From positions 68,448,001 to 68,512,000 of the forward strand of contig OX597816.1 in NCBI GenBank assembly GCA_951406725.2: a stretch of DNA of 64,000 nucleotides. The letters are read 5' to 3'. Below are positions 39,909 through 51,889 of this stretch, one piece after another; position 1 is the first letter of the stretch; each line of letters opens with the position of its first letter. The notes below the pieces were generated by a model. It was not told where the DNA came from. It did not search any database and saw only the letters and a list, made by a program, of their open reading frames with translations. Both the position numbers and the translations under genes were made by a program. This DNA is from Octopus vulgaris (taxonomy: Eukaryota).

Positions 39909-41019
39909 TACAGGGTAAATGTTTTTTAAATTTTCTCCTGGTTTACGGAATTGATTTTTATTTGCGGTTGAAGCTTTGGCTGTTATTTCTAGTGGGTGAA
40001 TGGCCTATTATGGCCGTTCCTTGATTGTTGATATATATATATATATATATATATATATCTTCTACTTTTTCAAACAGTTTTTCCAGATTCCAAAACATGG
40101 GCGCAGTATTGATTGTGCGGTTAAGATGCTCGTTTAGCAACCATGCGCTTTCGAGTTCATTCCCACTGTGCGGCACAATTATAAAAAGACCCTGGATTGA
40201 CCAATGTCTCGTAAGTGAATTTGGTAAATGGAAACTATGTACCTGTTTGGATGTTGTTGTATCTGTTTTTGTTCCACTCACCGTTTCAGAACCGGTGTTG
40301 GTTTGGTTACCTTACCGCGACATAGTGATTCTGAAAAAATACTAGACCTTAAAAACTAATACTGGGATCGATTTGCTCGACTTAAACCATTAAAGTTAGT
40401 ACCCCAGTACCACCACAATTCAGAAACTGAAACAATTAACACATAAACACACACATACACAAACACACACACATGTAGGTATGTATATGTATCTATGTGT
40501 GTATGTATGCATATACGCTTAAATACACATAATGATGCAGTATAAGATATCAGGCTGTACTACACATGTAATCCAGTTATATCGTGATTAGTGGTGGTGA
40601 TCGTTCTGAGTACTTCGACGATGTGGTTTCACTTGTTCGATCAACAGCATTATCTGCTCCTGAATTAACGTGTAAGAGACTGTTTGTAGACTTCTGCCAC
40701 CTTAACGCATTTCGTAAGCAGAATCATTACGACACATGGTGTGACAAGGCTGTACCATTTGAATTACGCGTTCTATTCACTCGGGGATATTCTCTACAGT
40801 TTCCGTGTATCCACTTTCATTCACAAGTTCATTTCGAGGTAAATGGCATTTGAAAAGCCTCATGGTTTTGAATACTGTCTCTTAAGCATTTATGAAATCG
40901 TACAGTAATGTATGAAAAGCAGTGAAAACTGTCCTGGGGGGACATTCTACACTGACACAGACAATTGAGCTCAACATTGCAAGAGAACTGAATGGCTATT
41001 AATAATACAGTACACATAA

Positions 41020-41220
41020 AGCGGTTAGCACGTCGGGCAAAAGGCTCAGTAGTATTTCGTCTCCACGTTTTGTGTTCAAATTCCGCAGAGGTCGAGTTTT
41101 GCCTTTTATCCTTTTGTTGTCGATGAAATAAAATAGGTAATAGCTGAGCATTGGGGTTGATATAACCGATTTTACTCCTTTCCCGAAACTGCCGGTCTTG
41201 TATCAAAATTTGAAAACAAT
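41020..41220 (+). mobile_element. SINE family A, diverged
   Basis: GTTCAAATTCCGCAGAGGTCGAGTTTGCCTTTTATCC-like core. Confidence 0.7.
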
Positions 41221-42019
41221 AATACAATACACAAGCTCCGTCTCGGTGTTTGTGATTTAGCGATAAATAAGATTGTGCATGTGTACAAAATATGAGAGTT
41301 GCCCAATATTTGACACTGTGCGTTGAAACTGACCAAGCAACATGTAATGGTTTTTTTCTTCTTCTCTGTGCAGTTTCTTTTACTACTTTACTCAAAGGCA
41401 AATGTGCAATTTGTAGACCATAAAAGAATACACACCAAAACAAAAACCCCGAAAAAATTGTATGTATGAATAAAAGAATATTAATTATTATTATTAACTC
41501 TGTGTGTATCTGTGTGTGTGTGTGTGTGATATTTACTATGCTATAGCCTAACGAATCTTTCAAATTCTTTCGCTGTTTTTAATTCCCTCTATTTGATCGG
41601 AAAGAAAACTTAATGTTTAAAATGGAAGCCATTAATAGATCGTTTTACTTTCATTTATACGCCATATTTATTATAACACATCCGTTGGTGCGTTTACCCT
41701 ATAATTTTCTTCCATACGTATATATTATCAATCTCTTCAGGATGAAAATTTGATGAAAAAAAAAACATTGTATATCAATACCCATTTTTTTAATACTTGT
41801 TAATTGTACTTTTCTTTATACTCAATCACACATCTGTAGCATGTAATGATATATGTGCATATAGCATTAACATATAACAAACAACATCAAAATCAATATA
41901 GTCCTCAACATAATCACACGCACACACATAATAACAATAATGATAGGGTGATGACGTCTAGGTATATATGCGTGCGTGCATATTTATGTACGTACATATT
42001 ACTCACTCATTCTCCATCA

Positions 42020-42094
42020 TATTTATATATATATATATATATATATTTATACATACATACATATATACATATATATATATACATATATATATAC

Positions 42095-42125
<31 letters not shown>

Positions 42126-42276
42126 CATAAATATATATATACATATATATATACATATATATATATATACATATATATATATACATATATATATATACAT
42201 ATATATATATACATAAATATATATATACATATACATATATATATATATACATATATATATATACACATATATATAC

Positions 42277-42327
<51 letters not shown>

Positions 42328-42423
42328 CATATATATATATACATATATATATACATATATATATACATATATATATACATATATATATATACATATATAT
42401 ATATACATATATATATATATACG

Positions 42424-42462
<39 letters not shown>

Positions 42463-42500
42463 ACGTATATATATATATTTATATATATACATACATACAC
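42020..42500. repeat. Long degenerate (TA)n/(TACATATATA)n tract
   Basis: Seen directly in the sequence. It is the source of the 130-205 aa I/Y-rich ORFs. Confidence 0.95.
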
Positions 42501-43114
42501 ACATATGCATATTACATATCTATATGCGTGTGTGTATGTAGACACACATACTTGCGTATATGTGTACACATTCCAATTATATATATTACGTAGATTTCTA
42601 TTCAAATAGAATGTTCGATTTTACATATAAATTCCCTGCGCGTATATTGTATTTCATTACTGTTTGTGATAAACTACATAAAAATAAAATGCAATATTCT
42701 GATTACTTTTCAATAGAAGATCTCCAAGCCAATTTCATGAGTAATTATTTGTAATTTATTAACATTCGCTTTGTTTAATGGGGCTGATATTTATATTAAA
42801 GTAATACCTCAGACATATTGGAGTCGTGAGGAAGGTCTGTTTACTCTATGTATTGTCAATTACGTCAATATACTAAGCATGCTTGTCTATATGTATGCAT
42901 GTATGTATGTATGTATCTATGTATCTACGTTTGTACGTATGCATACAGATGCGTATGTATGCATGTTTTGCAGGGTTATATTTCGAATTCCTCACCAGTG
43001 AGAAAAAGAGCCGGTTTCTTGTCTAGATACGAGGGTATTTCATGTTGATTTATACAACATCAGCAGGGTAGCCGTCTGTCTGTCATATATACACATATAT
43101 GTACATATATAAGA

Positions 43115-43151
<37 letters not shown>

Positions 43152-43959
43152 TATATATATATTTATATATATATATATATGCACATATATAAGTACATAT
43201 ATAAATATATATATATATACGTACATATACACACACATGCATACACACACACGCACGCACGCATGCATGCATACATACATGCATACATACATACATACGT
43301 ATATACATATATACATACACACATGAACTCAAACTTACATACATACGCATAGAAGCTATTTTGTTTGTTATGGCGGGACGGAGATTGACAATTGGTTCGC
43401 ACCTGTTAAACATTTAGCTGTATATAATTATATGCATGAATTCATTTACACGGGCATACATATTGTGCAGATGCACGCGTATGAATATTGTGATAGATTG
43501 TCACTGTAATCTCTTGCTTAAGCCCGTTCTTTCGGCTTTAAAACAACCCAAAACCCGAAGATTGCTGCTGACGTAGTAAGTCACGCGTCCATGTGCTTCA
43601 ATAATTATTCGCAGAAATGTAAGGTTACATTCTAGTTGGAGTGGAAATAATTCTCTGACAGATTGTGTTGTAATCTGATGAAAGAACGTGACGTCTAGCG
43701 AAAGGAAAAAGGGGTTTTGCTTCATTATTTTGCAACAGTAAACAACCTGCGTTTATGAAGCGTATAGAAATATAATAAATAACTATAACACACGCCGCGT
43801 AAAAAAGAAAAACGACTTCATTTCCCACGTGTAGGTACACATTCAGGAGAAAATTTTCACTCAATCTTTTCTTTACTACCATGTATTTGCATATGTTATA
43901 ATGCATTCCACTCACGTTCGTCCAGATTTAGGAGTTTTGCATTTAACTTTCATGTCAGT

Positions 43960-44163
43960 TTTGTTTCACTCTTTGGACTGCAATCTGTCTGGATCAACGT
44001 CTTCAAACCTTCAGGCGAAGTCAATCCGGGTACTTACATTTTAACGTCTGGTGCTTACTCAGTTCCTATTTTCTGAGCTACCGGCACCTTTTGGGGACGT
44101 AAACAAAGCTACAGCAGTGGCAGAGTACAACAACGAAGGCATATGGGTACACACATGCGTGCA

Positions 44164-44230
<67 letters not shown>

Positions 44231-44372
44231 ACGCAGACACACATATTTCCGTCTACCAAATCCACGCACAAAGCTTTGGTTGGCCAGGGCTTACACAAAA
44301 AAGGTACCTGCCAAGGAATACGTGCCGTGAAATTGAATTGCAAACCATATCGTTGGGAAGCAGGCATATTAC
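43960..44372 (-). mobile_element. SINE family B, old and diverged
   Basis: TTTCCGTCTACCAAATCCACGCACAAAGCTTTGGT and GGGGACGTAAACA blocks around an internal (CA)n. Confidence 0.7.
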
Positions 44373-44769
44373 CATAATCTCTCGCCTAAGCTTCTTCCCA
44401 AAATAACGAGGAGAATTCAATAAAATTATAAACTCTTTTCTAGTTTTATTGCTTCATTTCTTGTAACTTTATCATTATTATGACTTTTTCAGTCACTTTT
44501 CATTTAAGCAAAGCATGGATGGAAAAAAAAACAGACGGAGAATACAATACAGAAGGAAGAATTCACTTAAATAAAACTGTTTAATATCATTTAAGAGATA
44601 TAGGTAGAATAGCGAATTAATTGGAATCGTGATTTTATGGAAATATAAACTTTAGCATAAAATTTTCATATGCTGCACAGAGACCGATTACACGAAGGAA
44701 AATATTAAGATTCTGAATGACAGTAACATAATATGCTTAACACTTCCACAAAAACCAATACATTATTAT

Positions 44770-45279
44770 CTTTATGTTTGAATTTTGCTTTGTATATGTA
44801 CAAGTTGACACCAAGTCTCACCCAGAGACCTCAAGGGGCAACAAGTTAGAAGTTCATGTTGGTGTTATATTTTGCATGCCATATGTTTGGTTTTGTACAT
44901 AGTGTTGTTCTAGAAAATGTTTAAGAAACCATAAGAAAATTGTGTTTGTTTTAAAATTTGAGATTACATAGAGAGTATTTTACGTAGGATATGAGCAGTT
45001 CCCATGGGTGCTATCTTTAGAATTTCTGCCATTTTTGGGTTTCCTGGTATCTGAGCTAGGTAGCAATCAGCCCCTTTTGCTATCATTCCTAGGGCACCTA
45101 TAACAACAGGTATTGTTTTAGTCTTGAGGTTCCACATTTCGCTAATTTCTATTTCAAGTTCTTTATACTTGCTCAGCTTTTGGTAGATCTTGACAGATAC
45201 GTTTATATCGGGACAGTCATATCAATAAAGAGGCATGATTTTTGTCTGAAGTCTTTCAATATGGTGTCTGGCTTATTTG

Positions 45280-45281
<2 letters not shown>
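44770..45281 (-). pseudogene. 5'-truncated R4/Dong-type LINE (restriction-like endonuclease C-terminus + 3' UTR) at a (TAA)n tract
   Basis: Minus-strand translation NKPDTILKDFRQKSCLFIDMTVP...QKLSKYKELEIEISEMWNLKTKTIPVVIGALGMI...GTAHILRKILSM* (stop at 44964-44966) has the PD..D..K..KY RLE signature. Abuts (TTA)n at 45281-45352. Confidence 0.85.
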
Positions 45282-45354
<73 letters not shown>

Positions 45355-45365
45355 CTATTCTTTAA

Positions 45366-45725
45366 CTCTTTTATTTTTTTCAGTCATTTGACTGTGGCCA
45401 TGCTGGAGCACCGCCTTTAGTCGAACAAATCGACCCCAGGACTTATTCTTTGTAAGCCTAGTACTTATTCTATCGAACTCTTTTGCCGAACCGCTAAGTT
45501 ACGGGGACGTAAACACACCAGCATCGGTTGTCAAGCGATGTTGGGGGGACAAACACAAACACACAAACATATACACACACATACATATATATACATATTC
45601 ATATATACGACGGGCTTCTTTCAGTTTCCGTCTACCAGATCCACTCACAAGTCCTTCGTCGGCCAGAGGTTAATTATAGAAAATACTTGCCCAAGGTGCC
45701 ACGCAGTGGGACTGAACCCGGAACC
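45366..45725 (-). mobile_element. SINE family B (5' end truncated)
   Basis: Reverse complement of the 5652-6060 type. Confidence 0.9.
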
Positions 45726-45732
45726 TTAGAAA

Positions 45733-45764
45733 ATTATTATTATTATTATTATTATTATTAGAAA

Positions 45765-45797
<33 letters not shown>

Positions 45798-45818
45798 GTT
45801 GTTGTTGTTGTTGTTGCT

Positions 45819-45849
<31 letters not shown>

Positions 45850-45875
45850 ATAATAAATGTAATGATATGATGATA

Positions 45876-45909
<34 letters not shown>

Positions 45910-45927
45910 GGATGACGACGACGATGA
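45733..45927. repeat. Mosaic trinucleotide tract (TTA, TTG, ATC, GAT, GAC)
   Basis: Seen directly in the sequence. Confidence 0.95.
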
Positions 45928-46569
45928 AGAAGTTAGAACGAACAACTGGAATATGAGATGAGCAACCGGTTTTATACGTAAATCCGATTTCTTTTCCAAT
46001 GGAAACAGCGCGTGTTGAGGAGCATGGCAAAGCAGATGTAATATTCAATGATTTAAAATTTTGAAGCAATGTGAGTTTTGTATCCGATAGCCTAAAATTG
46101 AACTTCCTCAGATACTTTCAATGGAAATTGATGTTAGAGCGGAAACACTATGATATTTAATATGGTGAAGACATATTTCTGAATTTCGAATACAGGTATT
46201 TAAATGTAAAACATTCGATCTTAAATATTGATGGTTTGGCGTATTAAAAAAAAACAAACGAAGTGTATATATGAACTGAGGTTATCCTGGTATTCATAGG
46301 GCATTCAATGTATTACTCTAATAAATGAATACGGAATGTTGTTTCCTTTCTAGGCCTTAATCTTTCTGTTTGTATGATACACCTTCTAAAAGTGTGCATA
46401 TATGCATGTGTGTATATATGCACACATGCATATACATGAACATATACATCCATAAATACATCCATCCATACATCCATATATATATATACATATACATATA
46501 TTTAAATTAATATTGGGTAGGAAAAATTATAGAAATTTTTCTACCAGTGGCCTAGCATGTATACAAAGT

Positions 46570-46609
<40 letters not shown>

Positions 46610-46612
<3 letters not shown>

Positions 46613-46911
46613 CGTGACCGACCAGGCTATCAGATGTTACTACACATCGCTGGTCACAATGCGCTTCGCATTGTTTTAGCCTTCAAATGACGCCACCCCG
46701 CTGGCTAAGTGAGCAGGCCAAAAGAAGAAAGAGTGAGAGAAAGTTTTGGCGAAAGAGTACAGCAGGGATCGCCACCACCCCCTGTCAGAGCCTCGTGAAG
46801 CTTTAGGTTTTTTTCGCTCAATAAACACTCACAACGCCCGGTCTGGGAATCGAAAGAGCGATCCTACCAACGCGAGTCCGCTGCCCCAACCACTGGGCCA
46901 TTTCGCCTCCA
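46610..46911 (-). mobile_element. SINE family C with tail type 2
   Basis: C head in reverse. The tail ACCAGGCTATCAGATGTT...CACATCGCTGGTCACAATGCGCTTCGC is shared with 59035-59331. Confidence 0.9.
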
Positions 46912-47314
46912 GACACACACACACATTTATCCAGGCATTTTTATAATCGTATCGAATGAAGATTTATACACCAGGTATTCTGTATGAAGACATGTATGAT
47001 AGACAGTGGAAGGAAAGCTCAACATTAATAATACTCAGTGTGGATCATTATGGTTCATTATGTTCAAGAGCGTAGGAGGATTTAATTAAATCCTATTGAA
47101 TCCATTCAGATGAATTCCTCATCAAAAGAGTTGTTAAAGATGGAGAAGAAACTGTTAGCAGTTGAAAAGTCGTGTGAATAAGTAAAATTTTGTTTATTCA
47201 TCCTCTCGTTATTCACACGACAATTGTATTGTTTTACTGGTTTTAGATTGAATTAAATGAGTTTGAATGCCAGGGTCATGCCTTGACCACTTGCTTGCTT
47301 TCCTCACTAACTTA

Positions 47315-47353
<39 letters not shown>

Positions 47354-47608
47354 ATAGTGTAGGTATTAGTTATAGGAGTTTAAAACCTCTAAGGGATGAT
47401 TAAACCCAAAGTCTCTCCTGGTTATTACCTGGGTAGGTACAGTCTTTTGTAAAGTTGTAGGGTAGCAGGTGATTTGGTTGGTAGACCGTAGTTTAGGTTA
47501 TATACGAGAAGAAGATGGGTGTAATAACAAGGGAAGACTTGTCGTTTTCGCTGGTATGCCTTTAAAGTTAATTAGATAACAAAGAAGAAGGAAGCAATGA
47601 TAAAAGTA

Positions 47609-47659
47609 GCATTTACGATGGTTTCGATTTACTAGTTTTAGTAAATCTCTTCAGAATGC
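47609..47659 (-). ncRNA. Minimal type I hammerhead ribozyme
   Basis: Minus strand reads GCATT-CTGAAGA-GATTTACTA-AAAC-TAGTAAATC-GAAA-C-CATC-GT-A-AATGC: 5-bp stem I, 9-bp stem II, minimal stem III, GUA site. Confidence 0.82.
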
Positions 47660-48040
47660 GAAAATTAGATTGATACATCGGTTAGGATGCGAAAATAATT
47701 GATACATATGTGAAGTTAATAGAGGCAAAATTAGTAATAGAGGCAAAGTCGTTTTGTAAATTCTCACTATATATATATACACATATATAAGTATATATAT
47801 ATACATATAAGTGTGTCTATATACACACACACATATGTTATTGTTGGACAATGACGTTTTGGCTGTAGGGAAGTTTTTCAATTGAACTAGTATATGTGTA
47901 ATAGGATGAAATTATATATAGGGAAAACAGCTGGTGTCCGGTTAAATCGTGGCATGTTTATCTTTAGACATGATCTCTGGTGTGTTACGTGACTTTAGAC
48001 GCATGCACGTGTACACACACACACACACACACACACATAA

Positions 48041-48109
<69 letters not shown>

Positions 48110-48174
48110 GGTCCCGGGTTGAGTCGGGGTTAACCACAGTAAATAAGGTACTCAATACATAGCAGAGTAAATTA

Positions 48175-48306
48175 ATTTATTTTATAGAAGGAGCTTCTAC
48201 CGGACTAGAACTGTTTCATTCAAAAGAAATCATCAGGAAGCTTCCTGATGATTTCTTTTGAATGAAACAGTTCTAGTCCTGTAGAAGCTCCTTCTATAAA
48301 ATAAAT
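48175..48306. repeat. Spacer-less 66-bp-arm palindrome (1 mismatch) between (TA)n tracts
   Basis: Centre AAG|CTT at 48240/48241. Confidence 0.95.
48239..48289 (+). ncRNA. Type I hammerhead ribozyme inside the palindrome (mirror copy on the minus strand)
   Basis: AGCTTC-CTGATGA-T-TTC-TTTT-GAA-T-GAAA-CAG-TTCTAGTC-CTG-TA-GAAGCT. Confidence 0.75.
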
Positions 48307-48407
48307 ATATATATATATATATATAAGGATAAGATCGTTAATTTAAAATAAAATAACGACCTTATCAAGTGGCCAGCATGGAAAAAATAACCTTCAAAGC
48401 TAATGAT

Positions 48408-48559
48408 TATTAAAATTATAAATTAGGGTATCTACGAGATACCACCATGCTGAAAATAGCAGCCATGATTTGACACTTAAGGTGGTTTTAGAGTCAGATC
48501 ATGGCTGCTATTTTCAGCATGGTGGTATCTCGTAGATACCCTAATTTATAAATTTAATA
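48408..48559. repeat. Inverted repeat (~66-bp arms, 18-nt spacer) between (TA)n tracts
   Basis: ATAAATTAGGGTATCTACGAGATACCACCATGCTGAAAATAGCAGCCATGAT is mirrored at 48493-48559. Confidence 0.92.
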
Positions 48560-48613
48560 CATATATATATATATATAATATATGAATGTGTATATGTATA
48601 TATATATGCGTAG

Positions 48614-48999
48614 GTGGAGGCGCAATGGCCCAGTGGTTAGGGCAGCGGACTCGCGGTCGTAGGATCGCGGTTTCGATTCCCAGACCGGGCGTTGTGAGTG
48701 TTTATTGAGCGAAAACACCTAAAGCTCCACGATGCTCCTGCAGGGATGGTGGTGATCCCTGCTGTACTCTTTCACCACAACTTTCTCTCACTCTTACTTC
48801 CTTTTTCTGTTGTACCTGTATTTCAAAGGGCCGGCCTTGTCACTCTCTGTGTCACGCTGAATATCCCCGAGAACTACGTTAAGGGTACACGTGTCTGTGG
48901 AGTGCTCAGCCACTTACACGTTAATTTCACGAGCAGGCTGTTCCGTTGATCGGATCAACCGGAACCCTCGTCGTCGTAACCGACGGAGTGCTTCCATCC
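48614..48999 (+). mobile_element. SINE family C with tail type 3 and 15-bp TSD
   Basis: A box TGGCCCAGTGG and B-box-like GTTTCGATTCC. ATATATGCGTAGGTG occurs at 48602-48616 and 49000-49014. Confidence 0.92.
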
Positions 49000-49396
49000 A
49001 TATATGCGTAGGTGTGTATGTGTGTGAGTCTGAATGTAGATGTTTTTCAAAATGCATGCATTTTCATTTAATCTTCATATCCCTCATATCTCGAAATAAT
49101 CATGTTACTCCACTTAACCTTTAATTATTAATGTTTCATCTCCCTGCCTTTTCAACCATATTTCCACCCCCACCCCTTCCCGGTCGTCGACCTCGTCGTC
49201 ATCATATTTAGTGTCATCACTCATCCTCTTCCGCCCCATCTCATTCTCCTCATCATCAGCAACACGTACGATTTACCAATTGTCATCAACCTCTTTACGT
49301 GCACCAATGACGTGTCTACATACATACACATTATATATATATATTATATATATTGTATATTTTCATGCATATGTATATATATATATACATACATAC

Positions 49397-49455
<59 letters not shown>

Positions 49456-49752
49456 GATATATATATATATATATATATATATCTGTGTGTGTTATATATA
49501 GATACACAGAAAGATGTGCATACATATATAGATTTATATATATATCTCAGTGTGTGGTTGTTGTTAGCGTGTGTGCAACGTGTGTGTGTGTGCGTACGTG
49601 TGTGTGGGTGTGTGTGTGTCTGTATGCGTGTTTGCGTGCTTGCATGTTTGTAACCAGAATATTTGATAAGCTTCAATTAATCAGACGAGTCAGAAATCTA
49701 ACGAATGATGCATCAAGCAGTTGATATTCTTTCTTCTTAGCTCTCTACCCAC

Positions 49753-49792
<40 letters not shown>

Positions 49793-50005
49793 CACCCGCT
49801 CAGTCTCTCACTATCTCTCTCCATCTCTCTCTCTCTCTCCCCCCATCTGCGTGCTCAATGTTCACTCATGACTGTTTGATATATCACATAATGCAATCTG
49901 CAACATCCGTAGTGTTTGCTTGATTAGTGCCGTTTATTTAATCTATATAGATTGAAGCATTGCGTCTACTTCTGTCGCTGTTGTTGCTGCTGCTGCTGGT
50001 GCTGC

Positions 50006-50038
<33 letters not shown>

Positions 50039-50619
50039 TGTTGCAGCATTAGCAAGCGCAGCAGAAAGACGAAAGGATCAGCGATGAAGCAAATACTTAC
50101 AAAATGGAGACGAATATCTGGTTGAATGCACTTGAGTGCATGTTCTCTTATATTACGAAATAATCAATGTATACGAACAAATTGTGAAATCAATAAACTA
50201 CTTCCCTCTGAGCTGTTGAATCTATTAAGAGAATCTCAAAGTAAATTAGTTCTTAGAAAAATACATGTTGTTGCTGTTGTTGTTTCTCTATAGTTTCTAC
50301 CTGTTAGTGTCAGTGACAATGATCAACAGTGTTCATGGATTTCTTAATCTAGAATAAGTCTTAGTCTTAAATCTCTCTGCATCTGATGTCCCGTCAAAAG
50401 CAGACGGCCCAGTTGAGAGTTTCTTAGACGATTGTTAATGAATTCGAAGGAATTATAATTAAATTTCTAACGTAATGGATTATGTATCGGCCGATCATTC
50501 GGTAAATTCAGTATTCTGCGGAAGTTTGATAACGTATATTTATTCTTGTAAAGCCCCATGTTAATCCGACCGAGCTGATTATGATCAAATATATTCCACA
50601 CATGCAGTTCTATATTTAA

Positions 50620-50892
50620 GAGATGAGGAATTATTTACATTATTTACATTATTTACATTCGACGGATATTTGTCTTCATCTTGTTTGTTGTTAGCACAAA
50701 GGTTCGGCTGATATACCCTCCAGGCTTCTTCAGGTGTCTTGGGGGAAATTTCGAACCTTGGTTCTCATTCCTAAGATATTCCTAACTACTACGCCATATG
50801 CCCACGGGCATATGGCGTAATGGTTAAGAGCGCGGGCTACTAGCCCCAAGATTCCGAGTTCAATACCAAGCAGTGACCTGAACAATAACAAA

Positions 50893-50944
<52 letters not shown>

Positions 50945-51058
50945 TCGAAAAATACCTTAGGAATGAGAACCTAAGTTCGAAATTTCCCCAAGACACTTGT
51001 AGGAAGCTGGAGGGTATATCAGCCGAAACGTCGAATGTAAATAATGCAAATAATGTAT
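50620..51058 (+). mobile_element. tRNA-headed SINE-like element with hammerhead-like tail, in inverted (Penelope-like) arrangement
   Basis: tRNA-like head 50806-50880 (A box TGGCGTAATGG, B box GAGTTCAATACC), (AAT)n, tail 50941-51058. An inverted tail copy lies at 50620-50780 and an inverted head stub at 50783-50803. Confidence 0.75.
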
Positions 51059-51851
51059 TTCCACACATGTTCACGCAGTCAGTTTCCTTTTTCAAACAGC
51101 CGTCCGCACCAAGAGAAAACCCCTTTTACACGCCCGAGCGGAGGACGCCATGACGAATTGTTATTATACCATTTTGGTTAATGGTGGGGCTTCAAACTCT
51201 CAACGCGTTTTAGCTGGGATTGGCGTATTATTACACGAAGCATAAAATATCAATCTTCAGCTTTTGCAGAGTATAGGACCCCACTTGCAATTTTCTAATT
51301 GGGCTCCGCACTTCTTAGCACCGGCCTTGTGCATAGTGTACTATGGAATATATTGCTCATATGTATCTTCTTTTTTCAAGGGGTACAAGTGTAATTTGAA
51401 GTACATTTGTTTGTATTTTTCCAGTATGTCATGCCATTATGTAGAGGTTCACATGAGATAAATCTTCATAAATTAAAGCAGTATGTGGCGAGATAGAGGC
51501 GAATAAGTTGAAGTGTATAAAAGAAATATCGGCTGTCCTCACATAAATATTATTCATCAAGGTCATGATGAAATATCAATGGGTTCATATTATATAATTA
51601 GTTATATATAATAAACATTACGTTGTTATTTCTGGTATTCAGACGTAATAAGTTGTTAAATGATTTATATTTATGTAACCCATATTCTCAATTACCATGT
51701 CATAAATATGATGTAACTAACTCTATTGTGTTATACTTTGTTTTTTATACATACATACATACATGCGTATGTATATATATATGTATGTACACATACACCC
51801 CACCACACATATATATACATATATATTTACATATACATACATCCATATACT

Positions 51852-51889
<38 letters not shown>

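Larger units (their letters stand above)
38068..40032 (+). mobile_element. Retrozyme-like or non-autonomous Penelope-like array: 374-bp inverted arm plus 3.2 tandem ~492-493-bp units, bounded by (TA)n
   Basis: Unit starts at about 38442, 38937, 39429 and 39922. 38068-38441 is the reverse complement of unit sequence. Copies differ at only a handful of positions. Confidence 0.85.

Noticed and set aside
38441-40032. CRISPR array or ordinary satellite interpretation
   Set aside because: There are no short repeats with unique spacers and no cas genes, and the context is eukaryotic. The per-unit ribozyme and inverted arm argue against a plain satellite.
40829-41563. Longest ORF in the track (244 aa, minus strand)
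   Set aside because: It runs through a (CA)n tract and a diverged SINE A and has no recognisable motif.
49975-50047. (GCT)n/(CAG)n tract as poly-Ala or poly-Gln coding sequence
   Set aside because: No surrounding ORF of meaningful length, so treated as a microsatellite.
50101-50212. Possible minus-strand exon (CAG acceptor at 50213-50215, GTAAGTAT donor at 50093-50100) near a (GCT)n tract
   Set aside because: Stops in all three frames and a weak polypyrimidine tract. It could only be a non-coding or UTR exon, which cannot be supported without RNA-seq.
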